Assembly: GCA_013416795.1 (NCBI GenBank)
Contig: RQSC01000018.1
Coordinates: 277,785 to 322,338 of the forward strand
DNA: 44,554 nucleotides
DNA from: Prasinococcaceae sp. CCMP 1430
Lineage: Eukaryota; Plantae; Prasinodermophyta
Reading direction: 5' to 3'
Shown here: positions 22,833-32,723 of the stretch, piece after piece
How the letters are laid out: every line of letters begins with the position of its first letter
Numbering within the stretch: the stretch's first letter is position 1
Translations under genes and position numbers: made by a program
The notes under the pieces: generated by a model
What the model was told of the DNA's origin: nothing
What the model saw: the letters and a program-made list of their open reading frames with translations, nothing else
Database searches by the model: none

Positions 22833-23302
22833 TCAGACGAGTAGCGCCCCGAGGTCCCGCACGAAGGCCTCGACGTGCTCCGCTGCGACGCTCTCGACGA
22901 CGCTCAGCGGCACGCACTCGTCGAGCGCCTCGTCTTCGAGGTCGAGCAGCCCCGCCTCCTCGCCCGCGCGCTGCAGCAGGTCGAAGAACGCCTGCTGGTC
23001 GACGCCCCCACCGCCATGTGTGCGTGCGTGCGTGTGTGTGTGCACCGCCCCCGCGCCGAGCAGCGTGTACAGCGCCGCCGCCGCCGCGCGCGACACGAAG
23101 CCGTCGGGGGGCGGCACGAGCGGCGCGTCGGCCTCGTCCGCGAACACGTGCGCGTGCGTGTGCGCGTCGTCTGCGGCGAGCACGCGCGCCACCCATCGGC
23201 CGAACGCCACCGACGACTCCCTGCCGACGTGCGTGCGTGTGCGCATGCGCGTGCGTACGTGTGCGTGAGTGAGAGAGAGAAAGAGGAAGAGGAAGACACA
23301 AA

Positions 23303-23392
<90 letters not shown>

Positions 23393-23641
23393 NNNNNNNN
23401 NNNNNNNNNNNNNNNNNNNNNNNNNNNNNNNNNNNNNNNNNNNNNNNNNNNNNNNNNNNNNNNNNNNNNNNNNNNNNNNNNNNNNNNNNNNNNNNNNNNN
23501 NNNNNNNNNNNNNNNNNNNNNNNNNNNNNNNNNNNNNNNNNNNNNNNNNNNNNNNNNNNNNNNNNNNNNNNNNNNNNNNNNNNNNNNNNNNNNNNNNNNN
23601 NNNNNNNNNNNNNNNNNNNNNNNNNNNNNNNNNNNNNNNNN

Positions 23642-23738
<97 letters not shown>

Positions 23739-23866
23739 CGCACACACACACGCGCGCGCACTGCCGCCGTTTTTTCGAATTCGAACCTCGCCGATGGCGC
23801 GCGCGCGCCAGACAGCGCGCGCGCAGCAGCAGCAGCAGCAGCGGGCGACTCGCCAGAACACCCCAT
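22833..23866 (-). CDS. Hypothetical protein (starts MGC...), first exon 23866-23762, last exon ~23222-22833; further exons may lie in the gap
   Basis: Exon 1 MGCSGESPAAAAAAARALSGARAPSARFEFEKTAA|gtgcgc. The terminal exon reads ...DQQAFFDLLQRAGEEAGLLDLEDEALDECVPLSVVESVAAEHVEAFVRDLGALLV* with protein-like composition. No family recognised. Confidence 0.5.
23393..23641. other. Assembly gap inside a long (CA)n tract
   Basis: Direct: N run flanked by CA repeats. Confidence 0.95.
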
Positions 23867-24031
23867 CCCTCCCCCCCCCCTCCCCTCCCCTCCCCCCTCA
23901 CACACGCACGCGCGCGCGCGCGCGCGTGTACACACGCGCACACGCGCGCGTGCGCGCGCGCGCACACGCACACGCTCGCACACACGCGGCGCGCACACAC
24001 GCGCGCGCACACGCACGCACACGCACACGAC

Positions 24032-24975
24032 ATGTCGGGCGCAGAGGCGTCTGCGTCCGCGCTGCGGGGCGCGCCGGGCGCGCACGCGTGGCGCTCTCGC
24101 CCCTGCGTGATGGGCATCGACGAGGCGGGCCGCGGGCCCGTGCTGGGCGCCATGGTGTACGGCGCGGCGGTGTGCGCGGTGGACTCCGAGCCGGCCGTGC
24201 GCGCGATGGGCTTCATGGACTCCAAGGTGCTCAAGGAGGAGCGGCGCGAGGAGCTCTTCGAGGCGATGCGCGCGCCCGAAGCGCCGCTCGCGTACCTCGT
24301 CGACGAGATACCCGCGGCGCACATGAGCGCGTGCATGCTGCGCCGCTCCAAGGTTTCCCTCAACAAGGTGGGTGCACGCGCACACACGCACGCGCGCGCA
24401 CGCGCGCGCGCACACACACGCACGCACGCACACACGCACACACACACACGCACGCACGCACGCACACACGCACGCACGCACACGCACACGCACGCGCACA
24501 TGTGCGCGCGTAGGCAGGCACAAACATACGCACGCACAAGCGCAACGCGCATGCACGCACTCATGTGCAAAGGCATACGTACGCGCACGCTCACCCGCTC
24601 ACGCACACGCGCACACACGCGCGCGCGCAGATCTCTCACGACTCTGCGATGGGCCTCGTGCAGCGCGCGCTCGACGAGGGGTACAACGTCACCGAGCTCA
24701 TCGTCGACACCGTCGGCGACGCGGGGCGCTACACCGAGATGCTCAGCGCGCGCTTCCCGGGCATCAGGTGCGTCGCCAAGGCCAAGGCGGACGCCATCTA
24801 CCCCATCGTCTCCGCCGCGTCGGTCGCCGCCAAGGTGACGCGCGACCGCGGCATGCGCGGGTGGGAGTTCGACGAGGCGGGCGCGGACGCGCCGCCCGAC
24901 GAGGGAGGCTTCAGCCGAGAGTTCGGATCGGGATACCCGAGCGACCCCGCCACAGTCAGGTGCGCACGAGCGATC

Positions 24976-25066
<91 letters not shown>

Positions 25067-25078
25067 NNNNNNNNNNNN

Positions 25079-25166
<88 letters not shown>

Positions 25167-25267
25167 TGGTGGAGGGGATGGGGGCGAGCTTGGGAGAGCA
25201 TTTCTGCGCGGGCGCACTCGCGTGGGCGCTGACAGCGCGATTTCAAAAACACGCACGCACGCAAACC

Positions 25268-25321
<54 letters not shown>

Positions 25322-25817
25322 CACACACACACGCACACGCACACACGTCAGGTGGCTTGAGTCGCACGTCGATGCGGTGTTCGGCTTTCCGAGCGTCGTG
25401 CGCTTCTCGTGGCGCAACGCGCGCGACCTGCTCAAGCGCAGTGCGGCGGCGGTGGCCTTCGGCGACGAGGACGACGACGGCGACGAGGAGGAGGGCGACG
25501 GCGCGCCCGCCAAGCGGCAGGCGACGATGGCCACGTTCCTCTCCATGCCGGCGGGGAGGGCCATGCCCGAGGCCGAGTCCATCGCCACCAAGGTATAGCT
25601 GCGGACATCATGCTGGCACGCGCGCGTGTGTGTGTGTGTGCGACTGTGTGTTACTGTGACTGTGTGTGTGTGTATGTGCGCGCGCGCGTATGCTCCTGCT
25701 GACAGCGGCGCCTCCCGCCGCCCCGCCCTCCTTCGCTCGTGCGCGCTCGCATCTTCCCGCGTGCAGCGGCACGCATTCTTCAAGAGCAGGAAGCTGCAGC
25801 GCTGCGGCGCCTTCTGA
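24032..25817 (+). CDS. RNASEH2A: Ribonuclease H2 catalytic subunit A; exons 24032-24367, 24631-24959, 25352-25592, 25767-25817
   Basis: [29 protein letters not shown]|[55 protein letters not shown]. The last exon [16 protein letters not shown] resembles the eukaryotic C-terminal HRYFxERxL-type tail. Confidence 0.95.
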
Positions 25818-26014
25818 GCGCCGCCGGCGCCGGCGCCGAGAGAAGTAACGGCTCTGCGTGCGAGGGGCAGCCGCGAGCATCGCGCGCACGCGCACGCGCA
25901 CGCGCACAAGGACAAGGACACACACACACGCGCGCGCGCCCACACACACACACACACACCACACACGTCCACACAAAATCACACACACACACACACACAC
26001 ACAAAGGAGCACAT

Positions 26015-26054
<40 letters not shown>

Positions 26055-26346
26055 GCCCACGCACGCCCACACACGCCCACGCACGCACACTCGAGCACTC
26101 GTCTCCGTCCCCAGCGCGCCGTCTCCGGCCCCGGCCCGGCGCGCCATCACGAACCCTGCTGCTCTCTTCCCCAAATGAGCCCTCCACCCGACCCCCAACC
26201 CCGCCCTTTGCCGCGCTCGAGGCGCCCGCCGCCCCGCCGTCGGCCCTTCATCGAAATACACCCGGGTAGTCACTACGGTACCCATAGGAACAAAAAACAA
26301 AAAGAATTGAGAGGTCAAAATGCGTGAAAAAGGCCCCTAAATCGTC

Positions 26347-26562
26347 TTTGTTTCTTTTTGTTTCCACGGTGCGCTGGCGTGCGCATTCGGGTTTTAGGGT
26401 TCGTATTGTAATGCATTCATACGTGTCATTTTGGCTCATTTTTGAGTCATTTTTGTTTCTTTTTGTTTCTGTGGTGCGCTGGCGTGCACATTCGGGTTTT
26501 AGGGTTCGTGTTTTAATGCATTTATACGTGTCATTTTGGCTCATTTTGGCTCATTTTGGCTC
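26347..26562. repeat. AT-rich 105-bp tandem duplication plus (TCATTTTGGC)x3
   Basis: Direct: units at ~26347 and ~26452 share tttgtttctttttgtttc..ggtgcgctggcgtgc.cattcgggttttagggttcgt...aatgcatt.atacgtgtcattttggctc. The 10-mer triplet is at 26531-26560. Confidence 0.9.
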
Positions 26563-26696
26563 GTTTTGCTGCGGGTTGGGGTCGCTTCACAGTTGACCGC
26601 TCCCTTGCGTTTCGCGCGCGCGAAATTCGCGGTTTCGGTTTCGCTCGGCTCCCGCGCGCGCGCGCGCGCTCCCGCGCGTGCGAGCGCGTGGCGCGA

Positions 26697-26932
26697 ACCC
26701 TCTCCTCGTGCGCCTTCCACACGTGCATGTGTGAAAACGCAGCGAAAGAGACGCGACACCGCTGCGCGAAGCCCGGCGGCAGCGCATGCTTCTTGCGCGC
26801 GGCCTCGGCGACCACCACCGCAAGCGCGCGGTCGAAGGATCGGTACTTCGCGAGCAGCGCGTGGGCCCTCTTGAGGCCCCACCCTGGTGCCGAATCCACG
26901 AAATCGCACCCCGACAGCACGCACATGCCGCG
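26697..26932 (-). CDS. Exonuclease 1-like (XPG/Rad2 family) H3TH-domain fragment; 5' part missing at single n 26933
   Basis: RGMCVLSGCDFVDSAPGWGLKRAHALLAKYRS...LPPGFAQRCRVSFAAFSHMHVW matches the recalled Exo1 pattern MCILSGCDY..S..G.GL.KA......F..Q.V(F/Y). No XPG-N or XPG-I domains are visible. Confidence 0.7.
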
Positions 26933-27372
26933 NACCGCTCGCCGTACGCCCGGCGAGCATGCCCCGCGCGCGCGGCGCGGAGCGTCGCGCTCCGCGCCGG
27001 GCGCGCGCGCTCGCATTTTCGCCTAGGGTTGGTGTGAGGGCGGGCGCGTTGGAGGGGGTCACTGCGCACGCAAGCGCAGGCGGGGTTACTGCTAGGCGCG
27101 CCGCGACGTGCGGCCTTTGCAGCGCATGGGCCCTGCGTGCTTTGTCGGCGGCGGCGACGACGCGCGAGGCCGCGCGTCACGGCCTAGCGCTGGCTCGCAG
27201 ACCGCCGCGCTGCGCTGGCGTGCGATGCGATGCGATGCGCTGGCGCGCGATGTGACAGCTGGCTGACCAGATCCACCTCGCTCACCACCCGCCGTCCTGG
27301 TGCCCATGCTCGCGCGCGGACTGTCGGGACGCGATGCGTGCGTCGGCGGCGCTTCTCCTCGCGACCGCGTAG

Positions 27373-27929
27373 ACACTGGCTCCGACGCGCCCATCCCGGT
27401 GCCCAACGTGTCGTCCAACATCCTCGCCAAGGTCATCGAGTACTGCAAGTACCACGTGGAGAACGAGCCTGGCGAGGGCGAGGGGGCCAAGGCTTCCGAA
27501 GAGGACATGAAGCAGTGGGACAACAAGTTCGTCGAGGTGGAGCAGAGCACGCTCTTCGAGCTCATCCTCGCCGCGAACTACCTCAACATCAAGGTGCGCG
27601 CGCGGCGGGCGCGCGCGGGCTCCCTCGCGTTGGAGATGACGTGGAGGCGGAGCCGAGGGCTGCGCCGTTGCCGTTGGCGTGCGGTTTCATCGCCGGTTGA
27701 CTGACAGTATCGCCTCACGCCGCCTCGGTGGCTACGCGCACACGCGCACGCGCGCGCACGCACTTTGTTCCCTCCCTAGTCGCTGCTGGACCTCACCTGC
27801 CGCACGGTGGCCAACATGATCAAGGGCAAGACGCCGCAGGAGATCCGCGACACGTTCTCGATCAAGAACGACTTCACCCCCGAGGAGGAGGAGGAGGTGC
27901 GCCGTGAGAACTCTTGGGCCTTCGAGTAA
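27373..27929 (+). CDS. SKP1: Skp1 (SCF adaptor); exons 27373-27593 and 27780-27929; N-terminal ~35 aa not found
   Basis: [48 protein letters not shown]|[49 protein letters not shown]. Confidence 0.93.
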
Positions 27930-28363
27930 GCATACTGCTCGCGCGCGTGCGCGCGTGCACGCGTGCGCGTGTTGCCGCCGCGCGTGTGGGGCACACGTGC
28001 ACGACTGCGCGTGCCTGCGGCACGGCCCGCAGCGCGCGTGCGACGACTGGGGTCGCGCAGATGAGACCGCCGCTGTAAGCCGACCGCCGAAAGTGTACTT
28101 CTCTACGCCACAGCTCCCCCTTGCGCTGGCACGGCGCGCGACCCGCTCCGTACGCGTTGTGCCCCGCGAGAGCTCGCTTGCCTGCCGCGCATGCGCGCGT
28201 GAGGTGTGCACGGCGCACTGATGCGCACTGTGAGGGGGAAAAAAGAAAACCAGAGCGTGCACATGCCACGTGCCACACGTGCTCCTCCGCGCGCGCGTGG
28301 GGTCCCAGGGACGCGCTTGCACGCGTGCGATATGGGTGTCTAGCGCACGCGCGGACCGATCTC

Positions 28364-29823
28364 ATGGACGGCGGCGACGCCGAGGCGCTCTTTGCGGAGC
28401 TGTGCGCTGACGTCGACGACGAGCCTGCCCGGCGCCGCGAGCGGTGCGCGCGGTGCGGCTACGTCGTGCCGAAGGCGTGCGTGTGCGCCGCGCTCCCACC
28501 GCCTGGAGGTATGTGCCTGACCTCTGGTCTCTGCGGACGCCAGGCATGCGTGTGTGCGTGCCCGTCCGTGCGTCCTTGTGTGCGCGCATACGCCTGCGGG
28601 CGCGCGCATGTTCGCGCGTACGTGTGTGTTGCGAGAGGACCGGTGCTGTCTGCAGACGCTGACGGGCCGCCTCCCCTGATTTGTGGCCACGCGCACGCTC
28701 GTTGGGCCGCGCGCAATGACCTGCGCGCCCGCGCAAGAGCTTCTGTGGCTGCCCTTCGACGTCGTCGTCCTGCAGCACCCGCTCGAGCGCGCTCGCGCGT
28801 GGTCATCGACGCGCCTGATACCGCTCGTGCTTGACGCCTCCGGGCACGACCCGCACGGCAGTGACTCGCGTGCCGACGCACACGTGCGCGTTCGCGCATG
28901 TGAGAGCGCAGGCACATGCGACGCGCAGGAAGGCGCGTGCGAAGGGACATGCGGAGAGGCCCGCCGCCGCCCGCGTGTGCACATCGCACGCGGGCGGCGC
29001 TGGCGCAACGCCGAGGCGGCCCTGGACGCCGCAGGCGTGTCGCCAACCCAAGGCGCCCTCCCGCCCCTCGTTGTCCTCTTCCCTTACCCCGAGGCGGAGC
29101 ATTGCGTGGACGTTTTCAGGGAGACGTGCTCACCCGGCGGCGGCGTGGACGACGAGCGGGCCCTCGCTGGCCCTGACGCTGCACCTGTCCGCGACCTGAC
29201 GCGCGTGCATACGCACGCGTGCGCGGACACACACACGCACGCAGCGCCGGCCAGCACCCGGCCCATCCTGCTCGTCTTGGACGGGACCTGGTCCCAAGTG
29301 CGCGAGATGAGCTACGCGAACCCGTGGCTCCGCGTGGAGTGCACTGCAGCGCGCCTGACGCTCGGTGGCGGCGGCGGGCGGGGCGGGGATGGCGATGGCA
29401 GCGACGGTGAAGGCGATAGTGACAGTGCCAACTGCGCGGGCGACGGGCGCGGTGCAGAGGGCAGTGCGCTTCGCAAAGAGCCTGCCGCGGGCCTCGTGAC
29501 GACGTGCGAGGCTGTCGCAGCCGCCTGCGGCGCCGCCGGCGCACATGACGCGGACGAGGCGCTGATGCGCGCGGCGGCCGCCCTGGCGGCAGTGCGGAAC
29601 GCACACGCCGAGGTGCGTGTGCACGCGCGTGCACGGAGTGGGTTGCTTGTGCGGTCCTCCGCTCGTGCGAGTGGATGCGTGCGCTCGCGAGAGCACCGTG
29701 GGTGCGGCGCGCATCGCTGCTGTCATGCGCTGACACGCTCGCGCGGCCGGCGCGCAGGGCGGACGTGCCGACGTGGTGCGCGTGTACAGCTCCACGCCGC
29801 GCAGACAGAGGCTGCCGACGTGA
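28364..29823 (+). CDS. DTW-domain protein (tRNA-uridine aminocarboxypropyltransferase, TapT/DTWD2-like); exons 28364-28508, 28738-29612, 29758-29823
   Basis: RCARCGY...ACVC zinc-finger, VVVLQHPLE, VVLFP, LLVLDGTWSQVR (DTW motif), LRKEP..GLVTTCEAV. Splice phases are consistent. Confidence 0.85.
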
Positions 29824-30185
29824 GGCCCGAGCGGCTTGTTGTAACATGTGTTTCAAGCGAGCGTTCCCTGCTCCTCGACGGCGGTGACGACGAGCGCGCA
29901 GCTGGTGCCCAGCGCGCGGCACGCATCGGCACGGATCGACACGGGTCGGCCATGCGCCCCTACGAGTGCGCAGAGCTGCGCAGCGGCGGTCCTGGCTGCG
30001 GACCCAGACGCGAGCCTGCCAGGAGGGGGGCACGCGCGCGCGCACGTGCACGCCAGCGACTGCGCGGGTCGGCGCACTGAGGTGGGATGGCTCCCGTTTG
30101 TACTTTTGATGTAATGTTACATGTCTTATCAATTTTTTCTTTTGGGTGATGTTGTTGTCGTTGATGTACGTATGCGCCGAACTCC

Positions 30186-30189
<4 letters not shown>

Positions 30190-30219
<30 letters not shown>
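30190..30219. repeat. T30 homopolymer at the end of an AT-rich island
   Basis: Direct count. Confidence 0.95.
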
Positions 30220-30224
<5 letters not shown>

Positions 30225-30369
30225 GGCGTGACGCGGATAAGATCAGGTCGAGGCGTGGCGCTGCGGCGGGGCTGCGGGCGGGCGCGGGGGGGGGATGGCG
30301 CCACAGAGGGTTACAGTGGCGGGTATGGCGGGAAAGGTGCCACACGCGCGCGTGCGGGCGGGCATGCCG

Positions 30370-31033
30370 CGCGGCGGCGAGCGCGCGGGAGGGTGGCGAG
30401 GCGCCCTTCGACCGCAATGACCCGCTCACGTGGTTCGACGACGGAACGGGCGGGAGCTTGGAGCCCGCCGTGACGCAGACGCTCTCGACGACGCAGATGG
30501 CCGCGCTCATCACCGCCGAGCCGCCCAAGACGCGCGCGGGTGGCTCCGCGCCGACGGTGGATGAGAAGACGGGCGCTCTCAGCGGCGTGGTGGCGGGTCT
30601 CATGGACGCTGAGGATGCCATCGACCGTGGTCTCGACCAGTTTGAGGCCGGCAACATCGAGGCCGCCATAGAGCTCTTCCAGGCGGCGCTGGAGCTCCCG
30701 GGCAGCGGCGTCAAGCGCGACCGCAAGCTCGCCAATGAGCTGTCCTTCGGCGAGCGCGTGGCCGTGTCGTACAACCTCTGCTGCTGCTACTGCCGCCTGT
30801 CGCAGCGCGAGTCCGACCCGGCGCTGCTCGAGCGCGCGCTTGAGTACCTCACCGACTGCTTGCAGGCGGGCTTCGAGGACTACGACGCGCTGAAGAAGGA
30901 CGCCGACTTGGCACCGCTGCGCGCCATGCCCGGCTACAAGCGCCTGATGGAGAGCTACCAGCCGAAGGGTATGCTCAACAAGCTGCGCGCGCGCATCGAC
31001 GATGCCATCGGCGATGTCGAGATCAAGGATTGA
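30370..31033 (+). CDS. TPR-repeat protein resembling the thylakoid LPA1/REP27 and MET1/TEF30 TPR module; start unresolved
   Basis: AIDRGLDQFEAGNIEAAIELFQAALELPGSGVKRDR..ELSFGERVAVSYNLCCCYCRL...ALEYLTDCLQAGFEDYDALKKDADLAPLR. This resembles the recalled YN.ACC and G(Y/F)EDF..IR.DPDL..LR motifs. Confidence 0.65.
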
Positions 31034-31218
31034 AGGGGCGAGCGGACCGTAATAGAGAGGTGTTGAGTGCCGGTGACAGGCGCGTGCGAAGGCGCGCGCG
31101 CTGGGCGTGCGAGCGCGTGCGTTGCGGAGGCGAGGCAATCTGAGCGCGTTCGCGCACGAGCGACGCGAAAAGCGATTAGCCAGTCGCGCGTGCGCTTGGG
31201 GGTGGATGGGGGGTCCGC

Positions 31219-32629
31219 TCAGGCGAATCCGATGGGCTCGTCGCTGAACTCGTCGGCGTACGCAAGAGCCACCTCGGCGCCCCCCGCGTCGAGCGACCTG
31301 CGCCCGGCCTCCAGGATGGCCGTCGAGGCCACCGTCTTTCGAAGCGTCGCCAGGCTCGCGTCGAAGTCTCTCGGCGTGGCGGCGCCGCGAGCGATCTCCG
31401 TGACGGCCTCGACGAAGCGCGAGAACGAGAGATAGCCGTAGCAGCCCTGGCCGGCGAAGCGCCCCGCCGTGGGCGTCGGCTTCCAGAAGAGTGGGTTGAC
31501 GCTCGCCAAGCCGGCGCCGTGCGATGCCACCGTGTACCCTCGATGGGCCTGGTCGACGCTCACCTCGCCGCCGGAGCCCAAGTAGAACCAGCGCTGCTGC
31601 GAGTGTACGTCCGACTTCGGCGCCACCCAGCTCGCCGTGTACGTCGCGTGGCCCTCGCTGCTGCCCGCGCCTGTGAAGCTGCCTCGCGCTGGCCCCGCAT
31701 CGACGCCACCCGTGCCACCCCTGCCACCGGCCTTGGGCTCGCTTGTTGTAATCTCGCCACCGCCGGCACCGCCACCGCCACTCGCCCTGTTCCGCCAGCG
31801 CACCGCCAGCGTGATGGTGTCCTCCACGCCCGCACGCCCGCCCAGCGCGCCCTCCGCGACGCCGCTCGAGTGCAGCGCCACTACGGCCGCCGGGCGCGCG
31901 CGCCCGCGCGTGGCCCACACGTGGAAGTCGACGTGGTGCGAGTTGAGGTAGTACGAGATGTCCGAGTCTACGCCCGCCCATCGCTTAAAGGTCTGCAGCT
32001 GATGTACGGGCTGGCTCATGTACGACGAGAAGTAGGACAGCGACCCCAGCGACTGGATGCGGTCGGCCGCATCCGCGTAGATGGGGTCGAAGCGCTTGTG
32101 AAGTTCGACGGCGCACAGCACGCCGCACTCGTCGGCGGTACGCGCGAGCTGCCGGTGGTCCGCGAGCGTCTTCACGGGCGGTTTTGTGACGAGGACGTGC
32201 ATCCCCTTGCGCATGCAGTACTCGGCAATCTCGAGGTGCGTGTCGTCGGGCGTGAAGATGATGGCGACGTCGCCCGGCTCGAAATGGTTCGCAGCCATCT
32301 TGTACGCCTGGCGGTCGACCACGTCGTCGCTGGGCCACGTCTTGATGACGGCCGGGTCGAGGCCCTCAAAGACGTCACCGATGGCTCGCCGCATGTGCTC
32401 ACGCACGGCCGGCATCTTCGCGCCGTTGGTGCCGCACATTGCCAGCTGCGGCCCCAGCAGGCCGCGCCGCACGAGGTCGAGGCACACGAGCGCGACGACG
32501 CCGCAGCTCTTGTCCGAGTCGGCCGCGCCGTCGCCCGCGTAGCCCGTCGTGTACTCGCCGCAGCCGACCATAAGGCAGTTGGGCACGCGGCCCGCGCGCG
32601 CGCGCTTCGCCGGCGGCGCCGGCGCGCCG
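31219..32629 (-). CDS. Gfo/Idh/MocA oxidoreductase, Aspergillus GaaA-like D-galacturonate reductase; intronless over visible part, 5' end in gap
   Basis: LMVGCGEYTTGY, SDKSCGVV...DL.RRG, IFTPDDTH, HVLVTKP, HKRFDPIY, SYMSQP..QL.TFK.WAG.DSDISYYLNSHHVD, EDTITL, YTASW.AP..VHSQQ, GYGY.SF..F, T..STAILEAGRRSLD. It is colinear with the GaaA sequence as I recall it. Confidence 0.85.
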
Positions 32630-32723
32630 NNNNNNNNNNNNNNNNNNNNNNNNNNNNNNNNNNNNNNNNNNNNNNNNNNNNNNNNNNNNNNNNNNNNNNN
32701 NNNNNNNNNNNNNNNNNNNNNNN
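32630..32723. other. Assembly gap (94 N) hiding two divergent 5' ends; true size probably larger
   Basis: Direct: N run. Genes on both sides point away from it and lack starts. Confidence 0.9.

Noticed and set aside
8258-29823. Operon-like or HGT island of bacterial-type genes (dusA, folB, isochorismatase, DTW)
   Set aside because: They are interspersed with core eukaryotic genes, lie on both strands, carry host-type introns and composition, and all have known algal/plant homologues.
30100-30219. T30 as a retroelement/retrocopy poly(A) tail
   Set aside because: I found no target-site duplication or RT/SINE body. Other A/T tracts (7830-7860, 17030-17050, 36410-36430, 43845-43858) mark ordinary intergenic islands.
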